DNA from: Phoronis australis
Taxonomy: Eukaryota > Animalia > Phoronida
NCBI GenBank assembly: GCA_002633005.1
Contig: NMRA01000396.1
Span: 231,562-295,561 of the forward strand
Length of the DNA stretch: 64,000 bases
Reading direction: 5' to 3'
The notes under the pieces are model-generated. The model was not told where the DNA came from. It ran no database searches and saw nothing but the letters and a program-made list of their open reading frames with translations. The position numbers and the translations under genes are program-made. Positions 13,621-26,263 of this stretch are shown piece by piece (the first letter of the stretch is position 1; each line of letters starts with the position of its first letter).

Positions 13621-15282
13621 TGTTATGTTATTTTAGCATCGACCATACACCCACATCACGAGTATATCTGGAGCCTGGGCAACACGCCTGTCAAACCGCT
13701 GGCGCTAGAACGCATTCTGCATGGCTACCCGGATCCCAACCGCGCTTCATTTCTTGTTCAAGGATTCCGAAACGGCTTTAGGTTACAATACACAGGCACA
13801 AGAAGCCACACCACAGCGAGAAATCTGTTATCAGCGATTTGCCAACCCCAGCAGCTGTGGGACAAGCTCATCAAAGAATGTGACCTGGGCCGCATGGCAG
13901 GTCCCTTTCCTACACGCCCCATCTATAACCTTCGTACATCGCCGCTTGGTCTCCTCTCCAAACCTGACGGGGGTTTTCGCATGATCTCCCACCTCTCATA
14001 TCCAGTAGGGACCAGTGTTAACGACGGAATTAATCCCGATTACTGCACCGTGCAGTATACAAGCTTTGATAATGTTATAGACATGATCAGCCATGCTGGC
14101 TTGGGTGCCCAGCTAGCAAAAATGGACATTAAGTCCGCCTTCCGACTCCTTCCAATTTACCCCAGTGACTTCGACCTTTTAGGGTACCAACACCAGGGGT
14201 ACTACTTCATTGACAAATGCCTCCCATTTGGCGCCTCGTTAGCACCTTACCTCTTCTAGAAATTCTCAACAGCACTACACTGGGCCGTCGAGGCTCGATC
14301 GGGGCACAAAACATTGGACCACTACCTTGACGACTTCATATTCGTTGGGCCGCCTGGCACAGACATCTGCAAGACACTAATGGCCCACTTCACATCCATC
14401 TGTGATGAAATCGGTGTACCCATTGCTACGGACAAAACAGCTGGTCCTTCCACACAACTCACATTCTTAGGCCTGGACATCGACACTGTTCAACAACAAA
14501 TAAGAATACCGGACAAGAAACGCATCCAACTCCGCACCACGTTATCAGCCTTAGTCCACAAGCAACGAATGAAACGACGGGAGCTGGAATCTTTAAGTGG
14601 CATGCTGAATATTTTCTCTAAGGCTGTTCCAGTCGCGCGAGCCTTCATTCGGAGATTCTACGATGCTCTGTCCAGGGCCTTTAAACCCCACCATCACATA
14701 TCAATGTCTAATGGTATGAAAGATGACATGCTGCTATGGTTGTTGTTTCTGGACTCATTCAACGGGTTCACCTTCTTTCCCGAGTCAGAATGGACAACAA
14801 ACGACGCTCTCTCACTGTACACTGACAGTGCAGGTGCACTAAACTTAGGAGCTGGGGCCATTTTTAACAAACAGTGGGTATTCTACCCATGGCCAACCGA
14901 GTGGGCTGCCTTCGTGGCAGACATGACATTCTTAGAACTAGTCCCCGTGGTCTTAGCCTTTTGTATTTGGGGCCCCTCCTTTTCCAATAAGAAAATCATC
15001 CTATGGATAGACAATGAAGCCTTGGTCCACGTCATCAACCGTCAATCATCTAAATCTAAGACTGTCATGCAACTCATTAGGGCCCTGTTGTTATTAGCCC
15101 TATGTCATAATGTTACCTTAAGAGCCAAACATGTGAGAGGTGTCGATAATAGTGTTGCTGATGCTATCTCCCGCAAACAGGTGGAAAGATTTCGCACGTT
15201 GGCACCAGAAACAAACGCATCGCCAGAACCAATACCCCACCAATTCCTGCAACTGATCTCCACGATGAGGCAGCTAGATTAA
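13621..15282 (+). pseudogene. pol: Reverse transcriptase + RNase H; premature TAG at 14257-14259
   Basis: Single frame: FRMISHLS, KMDIKSAFRLLP, LPFG, HYLDDF, FLGL, LYTDSAG, LELVP, IDN, NSVADAISR. Confidence 0.93.
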
Positions 15283-16183
15283 TCCAGGCACCAATCTCCA
15301 GCAACACCCATAAAGTGTACGACCAAGGTCTCCAGTCATTTGATTCGTTCAGACGACAGCAGAACCTAACCCTGTGTTGGCCCCCTCGAACCGACCATCT
15401 AGTCCTATATATTTCGTACATGTCTCTCCGCGGTTTTGCGGCCCGTACCGTCGAGTCATACTTGGCAGGAGTGTACTTTAAATGCAAGGTGGATGGTTAC
15501 CCACATGTTGCCACCAACTTCATCGTGTCCAAGACACTGGAGGGCCTTCGTCGTTGTGCGAAAAGTGCTGACACCCGACTGCCAATTACTCCTGCGATAC
15601 TGTACCAGTTGGTCCACAGCCTGCATCTAGTCTGCTCCTCTACATACGAGACGCAGCTTCTCAAGACAGCATACGCTTTGGCGTTCTTTGGTTTTTTCCG
15701 AATATCGGAGTTAGTTGGCCCAAACAATGGAGGCCTTCAAGCGGACGATGTCACCTTTGCCAACAACAAGGTCCTTATAAAAATCACATCAGCCAAGACC
15801 GACCAGCGTGGTAAAACATCGACACTTGTTCTACATCCCTTATCTCACCACCAGCTTATATGCCATTCCACAACATGCTTAAATTTCACAAACTCAGACC
15901 ACCAAGCGCCCGACAGTTCCTCTGTCATTTTGGAGGAAAACCCCTCACTCGCTATCAGTTTAGCGCTATCCTCCAGTTGGCAATGAAAAAAATGGGCGTG
16001 GAACATGGCAGATACCGGTCCCATTCATTCCGCATTGGGGCTGCCACAGCGGCAAGCATGGCTGGGTGGACACCGGAACAAATCAGACTCGCAGGCAGAT
16101 GGTCTACACACTCACACGCATATAAAACGTATGTTCGTATTAATTCTGAAAAACTATTAGTCCACAACATGGACTGGTTCTAA
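15162..16183 (+). pseudogene. Tyrosine recombinase, one frameshift near 15865
   Basis: Catalytic R-K-HxxR-W-Y set: GFFRISEL, AKTDQ, HSFRIGAAT, GRWS, YKTYVR, split across two frames. Confidence 0.92.
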
Positions 16184-16204
16184 AAGACGGTTTAAGTCTT
16201 TCAG

Positions 16205-16797
16205 GGCCTTATACTGTGTGGATTGTGGGTTCGTCAATCATCAAACGGGCATTTGTTCATGCCAGGACAAGCCCCGGTGGTGCGCACCTGGGGTTACAGC
16301 CAGTGGGGATACAGAGCATCTTTTGGCAAAGCTTCAGCGGACTCCGTTGGAACCAGCTCATCCCCAAACTGTGGACCATGAACCGCCTTGAAACCCAGCC
16401 GTCGTACATCCTCCTGCACTGTGCTGGCAACGACATTGGTTACACCGAATTACATGAGTTACGTACCACCCTCAAGGCAGATATTTCCAGAATCCACAAC
16501 AAATTACCACGCAGCACACTTGTTTGGTCCGCAATACTACCACGGTTACAGTGGCAAAGAGGTAACAGGGAAATCATGAACACTGCCAGGGCCAGAATCA
16601 ACTCCATGGCGGCTAAGACTGTTCTCACCCATTCTGGGTGCTACATCAGACACCCTGGCATCACCTCGGATGCCCGATTGTTGTTCCATCCAGATGCAGT
16701 CCACCTGTCCCCGTTAGGAAACGATATTTTTCTCAACGCTATCAAGGGTGCCCTCGAGCAATTCACTGCTGGCGGTCCTCGGGTGTATGGTCAATAG
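16205..16797 (+). CDS. SGNH/GDSL hydrolase-like ORF of the Ngaro element (intact, no N-terminal ATG)
   Basis: Blocks WIVGSSI, SGLRW, HCAGNDI, DAVHLS. Confidence 0.85.
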
Positions 16798-16968
16798 ATC
16801 TCTCAGTTAAGTTTAGGTAAGAGTTCTCTAGATGGTAGCTTTGTTTCGGTGCGCCACCATATATTGTGTTATATTACATCTCAGGCAATAGATCTCCCAG
16901 TTAAGTTTAGGTAAGAGTTTTGTAGATGGTAGCTTTGTTTCGGTGCGTCACCATATATTGTGTTATAT
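16792..16968 (+). repeat. Tandem direct repeat, 2 copies, 94-bp period
   Basis: caatagatct...gttaagtttaggtaagag...catatattgtgttatat at 16792 and 16886. Confidence 0.9.
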
Positions 16969-18028
16969 CTCATTATATTGTTCATCTGCCCCTATTTTCC
17001 CACATCCCTTTCCACTCCTATCTGTCCCTTGACTACCAGGGTCACGGCCCCCCCACGCGGGTTGTGGCGGTGGACAAGATTGTTCATCCATGAACAACCC
17101 TGCCCATGTGGCACACACTGAGCCACAACACCACGTTCCTTACAATATCTCTTTTTATTACTCCGGCTGGTCTGCTCACTCAGCTTGTCCGGAACCTGCT
17201 TTGCCAGGTTGTTATAGCCCAGTTGGCTGTTTGGTGTACCCACTTGGTACTTTATATGATATTTGCCCATTTGGCAGTTTGTACCCACTTGGTACTTATT
17301 ATTGAATTTGCCGTTTTGCTCGACCCAGTTGGTAGGCAATCGGCCAATACCCATTTGGTATTATGTACCCACTTGGTACTATACTAACATGTGCCACTTA
17401 GTAGTCGACACTCAATTACGCATTGGGTATCGCAAATCTTGTGTTATCACTTTAATTAAGGTACCCATCTGGTACCTTCTGTAAATAATTATTTAAAGCT
17501 GTGACCCTGAAATTCCCAATACAACTTAAAACATATATTACCCTTGTGTTGTTTTATTTGTCCCCAATAATAAACGAAACTTCTACTTACATTCAATCCA
17601 CACTTAGTAACTCTTCTAACGACCAGTCACCAATGACGCTCGAAAATCGTAATGGTCCATTTGAATCGGAACAGTAACGGAAAATGTCAAGTGAGAGTCA
17701 GTCCGATGGTTACTCCGTTCAATAATTTAGTGGATAGAGCCATCATGTGTTGGATAATTGTTTTTTTCACACAGGACCCGTTTGTTCATAACCCGCAGTG
17801 AATACAGTCGCTTACGTATGTTTTCCACAGAAATTGTTATTGGAGAGAAATGACGCGACACGAGAGTAATTTCACCAACATTTATATGTGGATGAAAGTT
17901 TTTCAAATTTTTATTATCATTGAAAAAGGAGTACAAAACAAACAACCAAAAATAAGTACATCCATTCATTCACGCATGCACACCTCAGGAGAGACCATTC
18001 TCGTTTATCGTGTATAGTAAACAACTGC

Positions 18029-21000
18029 TACACATCAAGAATTTTGTCCGACCGGTCGGAAATTGGTCGACGACCGGCCGTCGACCGGTCGTCTAGCCGA
18101 CCAGTAGCCGACCAACAACGGTCGGCTAGGAGCCGTGTGCTGAGTCGCCTCTACTTTCGGAACTTGGGTCGGCTAAGTGGTCGCCTAGCGTAGACGACCA
18201 ATTCGGATTAAGCGTGTACTTTGTCGGCAATTATCATTTTATGACTTAGCGGGTGAACTTTAGCCACACATTTAACTGTTCCCTGTTCGTTCACCAGTGG
18301 CAACTCCGGTCTTGACATCGGTTTATCAAATTTTGTTCAACTATTGAAAGGTGATGAAATCGAATCAACCTACAAGTACGAGGTGCGTGACATTACTGAC
18401 GGCGTGGTATAATCAAACGTTAAGTGATATCGCGGAAGCATAATTTCTGTCTCTTAGTATGATACTTTTTATCAAGTTTATTATGCATAAAACAAGCAAG
18501 AAATTTGAAATTTTACAGTAAAATTGCACATAAATCCGAATACAACGCTGGCTGTTTTACGACCTCAAGTGTTTTCATGCCGCTCATCTGTTATTGCTCT
18601 TGATCATCACTTCATCACGCTGTATATTGCGCTCTACCAAAGATAATTATTGTTTACTTTTTTATAATTTCTTAATATGTTGGTACAGCAGTAGAACTAA
18701 AGTTTATTTTAAGAACAACATAAACAATGGTTTGAACATAGCGCAGAGATTAAGATCTTGGGTGCATGAAAACGGAAGAATGTGATCGGTTATACTGTCA
18801 TCCATGATCCATCATCATTCTCGGAATTGCACACAACCTGAATAGTTACGCTCGTAACGTCGTCCTGAAGCTTGTATCAACATGAGCTAAAGACCGGTGG
18901 GTGTTCATACAAAATCTGGAACTCAATTGACATTCATCTTGCCCGTTACGGCCGTTTAAGCGAAAACTATCCGTCGTCATTTTTTGCGTAATTCCCTGCA
19001 TTGGTAACAAAGAAATGTATGTCGTAGTTTTGAAAGTAGTACATTCGTGACACGCGTCACTTCCAGAATTTTTTTCGACATCTCCCATTAGATGATGACA
19101 ATATCGTAGCAAAATTTCTTCTAAAATTCGGTTTACTGATATCAAATTCCAAAAACATATAATGAAGTGAAACCAGTTCTGATCATTTCTTTTGACGTTT
19201 ACGCAACCTCGAGGGAGAACGTTTGATTGAAGAATCTCGGAAAAAGAAACTGGCTAATAGGTGACGCAATATTGCATCGCGCCGAAAGTCGACGCAAAAG
19301 ATCACACCAAAATTTTAGCAGCAGAATAAGTATAAAAAAGCAATTTTTGCAACGCCGGTAAATAATTTATATTACTCAAGGAAGATTTTATTCGGTCAGT
19401 TTTTACCCACAACGGCGCAAAATTGTATATTTAATTTAGTAAACAGCTTCGCACGAAGACGCATCTACTCTAAAAGGTAAAAGTTATAATTATTTACGTA
19501 TCATTGCAAACTTCTCCTGTTGATAGTTTCTTTCTCACAAAACGGTCTTTGAATGTAGAATCTGGACTTTGGTATGTAGTGGTTGTCCTATATCATTTTA
19601 GTTCACGTTCTTTACGAAAATTATCTAAACGATTGTTTGTTTTCAAAGCAGGGGGAGAATTGTGATCGGATATAAATGTGAATGGCTTATTGTACGCGTA
19701 CGTGGTATTCAGTTATAACACATAATTCAACCGATATTACAATATAAGTATGCCTAAGAACGTGCCTCGAGTCAGTGACCCTGTAATCGGTATGCCGTAA
19801 ACTTTGCCTCGGTTCATTAATGTAGGGTCCTGACAACACACGACTCTGAAAGTTTTGAAAACGAAACTCTTTTCTGTACGAAGATACGTTTTCTGCCAAC
19901 GTGTACATTTGATGCACGACGTGGGCACCGACTCTCTGAATGCATCAACCAAACATATTAATTTTTGAAAATGCACTCAAAAGTGGACCTTTTTTAAAAC
20001 ACCGTGTTGGCCGTATTTGTCAGTGTAGAAAAGCGAAATGAACAGATTTGTACACACTGCTCAAATCACTTATGTAGACGTACGAAAACGCCAACGTCTC
20101 TGTCTTACAACGCTGTATGTGCTTGGCATTTCTGATGAAGCGCTCTCATGCTGGATTTTTTTAAAGATTAAGCACTGTTTCAAAAAATTGTTGTAGGTCT
20201 TCTTACAGCTGAGCAAAGAAAAATTATTTTGCACCATGGTCTATTTTCTGTCATTTTTTCGACATCGCAATCGCTTTACCAAAGATCCACGCACATGTGC
20301 CGTGTGGAGACAAATACCTGTTCACCACGTATTCACATCTTCCCGTTCAAAATGGTTTTATATTACATAATTTGACAATATGTTGTTGACAGAAATTATT
20401 TATTTTTTAATCAACGTAAACGAAGAACTGATACATGTAAATAGCGCAGATTTTAACGTCACCGATGCACTAAAACGGAATGCACAAAGCTAGAATTGGT
20501 TATACCCTCAACAGTGGTTATTCCGTGTTTGATGTCACTGTCTAAGTTCGTGGAAATGGTAACCATATGATTTCGAAGTTAGAGCCATCGACGTCCGTGG
20601 GTTTAGGGCATACTCGACCTTGAAGTTCGCGTCTGTACTACAAGGATTAATCACTAAAATAAAAACCCCGGAATCAGAGCTCTTCGGTGTAACAACTCCC
20701 TCACTATCCCATCATCATGGGCACGTGATAGGAGACCCGTGGAGAATTTTAAAAACGGAAAAAGTTGTAGTTCGGCGTAACACAAAAAAAACAATTGTGG
20801 GCGAAGACTGTCAAAAACAGATGCGTTTACAAAATGACTACAGCGTTGTATTGACCGGGAAGCAGCCAATCTAATGCAACTTGTTAACGTCACGAGTCCA
20901 ATTAAAGATTAAATGTAAAAAAAATGTCACGTTTGTTATCCAAAACTTGTTGCACTGTCCATAATTTAATGATATTACCGCTTTCCTTCAACCTTCGAAT

Positions 21001-23902
21001 TAGTGGTGCTACACAAACGATGTGAACTCATGTAACGGACACAGTAAAACTAAGTTAAATTATTTGATCCTGTGCTAAGACGAATATGCATCGACGCGCA
21101 AATGGGTATCATCCTGACAACCTATTATGCAACTGCTACTCTAGCCAAAAAATAGCAGCCGACCAGCTGATGGCCGGTCGGCTGAAGTGTCGGCTGCGGT
21201 GTCGCCTTATGAGCAAAGGTACTATATTCCAAGATGGCCATCCTAGTGTAATTTGCCTAGTGACACATTTTGGAACAGCGCCACCTATAAGCAGGAAACC
21301 AAGTTTTATTCGGAGACCCTCAAACCAGGTCTGTGACTGTGATGAAGATTGTAACTAAGTTGAATAAAAACAATGTTTTTAGACATAGAACTAATTTTGA
21401 TGAATTATATTTATAATTTACTTGAGGAAAACATAATATAACTTTTGATGATTTCATGGCCAATACGATAATTATCGTGATGGAATAATACTACAATGAA
21501 AGCAAATGCCATTCAAATGAATAACAATATTTTCAGACCCCTTTGTAAGCATAGCAATACAATACAATACAATATCGATACTGAGGAAACATCATTTGTA
21601 TTTACGTGGAAGTTGATGCAATTATGATAATATTTAATTATTATAATATTTAACAGTAATTGATTAAGACTTTGCTAGGGCTAAGACTGGTATGAATGCA
21701 ACCGCCGGAATTCAATAACATGACATTTCCACATGGTTTTCTAAGTAAAGCTACAGAATCAAGTAAATACAACAGTAATTTATGTGATATTTTAGCATAA
21801 TATTTTAACATATATTACGTAATATTTTTATCATAGTACTTGTTGGTGAAAGACACCGAATAAAATAAATATGACTAATAAATAATACTCACTACATAAA
21901 CAAAAGTAGAGAAATAATAAATGAGCACGTGGATCAATATCATTTTTATTCTAATTTTGTAACACATCAGTTCAAAAGACATTACAAGCATTGTAATTTT
22001 AACACACAATTGATAAATTGTATGAAAACAACATTCCATGTTTAAAATACATTATACAACACATGTCAATACAGATATCTCAGCTATGAGACCTAGCACT
22101 TCTACAGTACTAATGTTCTAGAATAACTGCAATACTAAAAAACATAAAATTGATGTTGCCAACATACCAATAGTTGTCAGGGATAATGTATGTGGTTCGA
22201 GGGAACATACACCACCATCCGATACAATGAAAATGCTACCAAGAAAGGTTTTCCCATTTATACTGCATATATTTAGTAACTTCAGACTAATCAATCAATG
22301 TTATATGACTATTGACTATTTCATACGAAAACAATGGCATCAATACAACTCCTTGTGCATTAACTTCAAACTGTATCTCAGGGTAAATGCGTTTCCCCAA
22401 AGTTATCAAAAAATATGTAGTTTAACAGATTCACGGTAGCCCTTAACTTTTGCAATTTAAATACGCTCTGCTTGGGTCTTCACCAGGACTAATACAGTAA
22501 TTAAGCAAGTTTGCTGTCACATAGACATGCCCCTTAAAAGTTATACTTCAAAGAGTTTTGCCAGACAAAAATGAGACCAATTTCAACAAGTAGTTAGCAT
22601 GAAAGACACAAATTCTGAAAGGTTATGGAGTACAGCAAGTACATGCACTCGCACCCAGCCTAAAAATAAGGGTCTAGAATTTTTTGAGATTGTGTGCCTA
22701 TAACTAAGAAAAGATTGGTGGAAGTGGACTTTTGTCTCATTTTCTATTTTTGGAGTTTTTGTTTCTCCGGGGCAAATCTTTTTGTCCACTACGGCAAATA
22801 TGGGGGCTCACTCGAGCCCCAGAGTCCCCTGGATACGGGCATGGGAAACAAGCAGAATGTATGAAAGAATAAGGTTTGTTTACCGTTCTAAGAAATAAGT
22901 TGACTCAAGAATCGTTGTTCAGGTTATATATTCTTCAGCAAGATAGCCGGAGGCACGCGTATCCTGTGATAATACAGAGTAGTGCCTGGGAACTTCATAC
23001 TAACACATCAAATCAGACTGTTTACACTAAAACAACAGTTTCTTATTTTAGTTGATTAGTGAATTGTTCCTCTTGGATATGGACACTACACAATCGCAGG
23101 TTATGTAACTCTTCTAAGGATTTCCATGCTAGGTCAGATCTATACATACTCTGCACTCAACTCGCACAACTAAAGTTGAACCATATACTGAAAAATAGTC
23201 TACACGCCAACAAACAACACCATTTATATTGTCGAAGCTTGCAAAACATTCTCCACTATACCTGGCCATGTAAGTGCTATCTCACCCCAGTTTTCACACA
23301 GTAAACAAGGCCATCTGACCAGGACACTGGGTCTGTCCCTGTAACCTGAACTGTAGACTACACAGAGACTAGTCTTCTTTAACCAAACACAGCTGATACA
23401 ACTCCACTTCAATTTTGTTACATTCCTGGCAGAAGATGTGCAGCCACTACCGAATGAGTCTCTCACGACCATGCTGTGGGCCTCAGTATTGTCAACTACT
23501 AGTAACTATCCCTAATAGGTAGCCCTGCTACTATAATAATTCTACCGCAGTACTGACTCCTGTTCTCCGATCAGCACTTGCCAGTAGTAGTTACTGTACT
23601 TACACTCACCACTCCTTATCTTTAGGCAAGCGAAACAATGCATTGTGTAAGCACAAGAGGACACACTGGCATTACAGTCAACCATGATATTATGCTGTAT
23701 TTGGGCGCCTTCCAGAAGGTGGCGCTACTTGTAGCGCTGTGACGTATTTAGGTCATAAGTCGGAGATCTTAGGTAACTATAAAGTCTTTGTTATGAGTCG
23801 GCACTGCGGCGCCGGCTGCCGGTAGGCTAATTCTTAGCCGACCGGTCGAAGGCCGGTCGTCGACCAATTTCCGACCGGTCGGACAAAAATTCGTGATGTG
23901 TG
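18029..23902. mobile_element. Putative ~5.9-kb non-autonomous DNA transposon bounded by ~60-bp TIRs (CAC-like terminus)
   Basis: (T/C)ACACATCA(A/C)GAATTTT(T)GTCCGACCGGTCGGAAATTGGTCGACGACCGGCC at 18029(+) and 23902(-); no TSD or transposase seen. Confidence 0.6.
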
Positions 23903-24668
23903 TTGTACATGTACATGAAGTTAATGTGAATAATAAAATTTTCCCATTTCGCAGAGAAGATGTCACATACAAAATGTTTATATGCAATTAATTTTTTAGT
24001 ATTATACTTATAAGAATATGTAACAAACTTGTAAGAATTAGGTATATTTTTGTGACATCTTTCCTTGGAAAAGAGCTGTTAGGCTAGTAAAAACAAAATG
24101 TTAAGTAGAAAATCATGTGTGTCATAACGTCAACGAATAACACGTTCGTAAGAGAGACAGTTTGAAAGCTGAATGAGACACTTTTGAAGTAGTTTTCTAT
24201 GTCTTTCCAGAAATCGTGGCGAAATTCCCAAAAAGGTGTGACAGCGTCTCTGGAGCCTCATTGCAAAAGGAACATAAATTAGTCCCGAACATGGATTTTG
24301 ACTAAAAGAGCATTTGTTGCAATAGCCCTGTGTAATATTCTAAATTGAAACCATCTAATGTTGGGATCCTTTGTAATTTCATAAGGCAATGCGTATGTTT
24401 TCTTCCAATCTAAATTATTCCCTAACTTTATTTGTCATTTACACTCTGACTTAGAAGGTTTCTTAACGCCGCTAAAGATTGAACAAATATGTCTATAACC
24501 CTTCGAATCTTTCCGTAAGTGAGTAATTGTTAACGGCATGCAATGAGAATATACATTATGACTTTCAAATTCACTTCGATATAGACTTTTTTGAAACATT
24601 TTTAGAACAGAGAGAAAACCATTATATTCTGTAAAGTTAGTTTTTACATTGAATCCCTTTATTATATG

Positions 24669-24670
<2 letters not shown>

Positions 24671-24715
<45 letters not shown>
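24671..24715. repeat. (TA)n microsatellite
   Basis: Direct reading. Confidence 0.95.
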
Positions 24716-24717
<2 letters not shown>

Positions 24718-25472
24718 GATGAATCGTAATCTGTTTACGAACAAAAACTTATAAAAAATACTTGTGCTCCCGATCCCAAGTCACTATTAAACCCCAAATT
24801 TTGAATCAAAATCCTTTTTACTCGCAACAAATATTTTCTTATAGAAAGATGCCGTATTTGCAAATACGTAGCGCTAGTAGGAATTATCAATTAGAGTTAA
24901 TAAAGTCATCCTCAAATAAAGCAAAATTCTTTAAGAACGGGTGGAGTGAGCACAGTAATTTGCCACTTTTAGACCCATGGCTTTCAAGACATATACGGGC
25001 CATGGGGAGTTTTAAAGCTTTGGTGAAAGTGTGTATGTTAACTATCTGAAGTTCCCCTTGAGCAAGTCCTAAACAGGTCGTACAGTAGTTCGTTTTATTT
25101 TATCATCACGAGCCTGCCATACAAACCTAAACAATGTCGCATTCAATTCATCCAAGACTTTCAGTGGTGGATCTGGTCAATATGACAACAAAAATGAGTT
25201 TAGAAATAGCAAATGTTTGAATTGCAGTATATTTATTTATTTATATATTTATTTATTTAATATTTACAAAGAGTGTAGCCCCATTAGTTCATACTGCTTT
25301 CCATGGGGACCCTCAGTTACTCTACCATACGGCGTTAAATTCCGTCGACTCCAACTTTTTAATATTATAAGACTTAACCTCAGTTATTGTTGCAGTGAGG
25401 TTCTTAAGCGTCGCACTATCCAACTGAGTGTTAAAATCCAGAAACGAAACCTATCTGTTCCTTACTGATCAG

Positions 25473-25690
25473 CTAGAGAGGACTTTTTGCAATGTATGGG
25501 CCACGGCTCTCAAGACAGAAGTGGTGGCACTTACCACAGGAATTCAGGGCACCATGAAATCCCAGTAAACACCAAGGTACCGGATAGTCATGACTTACCG
25601 AACACCCGTTGACAGTGAGTACCAGACTGATACACGATACCATGTGCGCACTAGCCGACTGTCTACAAGTTGAGCTTGAGAAAATCGGCA
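25473..25690 (-). mobile_element. Possible tRNA-headed SINE, degenerate
   Basis: Minus strand starts gccg...aagctcaacttgtagacagtcggct (A-box-like head), followed by a GC-richer core; B box poor. Confidence 0.3.
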
Positions 25691-26263
25691 AATACATGTA
25701 TAACGTGAATAAAGTGCCAGGTACAGAAATAAGGGTGGAGACGAGTTGACTGGAATCACAAGGACTGTGGTAATCAACGTCACGGCTCAGTAACCGTTCA
25801 TCCTTCTGGTTTTTACTTCTACTTTCTTTAGCGCCAAATCATAATTTTGCCAAAAGTTCTTCCACATTACGTTTTACTTATTAGAAGTTGGCAACATCTT
25901 ACTTCGTCTAATCACCACTGAATTTTGCTTCTGACATTCTCTATTCGCCTGGCACGTGCTTGATAGACGTCATCAACGAAATTCGAAGGCTCGTTTGAAT
26001 ATTTTGATGACAAAGCATTTTTATAAGAAAAGCTTACCTTCCAACTTAGAGTTAAATAAGAAGGGCTTCCTTTACATAATAACAGACATCAAGCACTTCC
26101 AAATTTAAATTGAAAGTGTGGGTGAATTTGTACACTCTCATGGTTAGGTGTTTTGGAGTGCTTGAAACTAATTGACAGTCCGTCGACTTGTACGTCATAA
26201 GCAAAAGTAAATGGTCCAAGGGAAATATAAATCCAAGACTCATATATTCATCAAGTACATTGG

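Larger units (their letters stand above)
12703..17520 (+). mobile_element. Ngaro-type (DIRS order) tyrosine-recombinase retrotransposon, 5' end lost at assembly N
   Basis: Order gag - RT/RNase H - YR - SGNH hydrolase, the arrangement known for hydrolase-carrying Ngaro elements; higher GC than flanks; 3' boundary approximate. Confidence 0.92.

Noticed and set aside
17214-17335. Iron-responsive elements (CAGTT loops)
   Set aside because: An IRE needs a CAGUGN hexaloop and a C bulge five pairs below it; most loops here are CAYTT pentaloops.
17236-17478. CRISPR-like array (GTACCCACTTGGTAC with spacers)
   Set aside because: Repeats are only ~15 bp with variable sequence, spacers are very irregular, the context is eukaryotic and there are no cas genes; better explained as a hairpin array.
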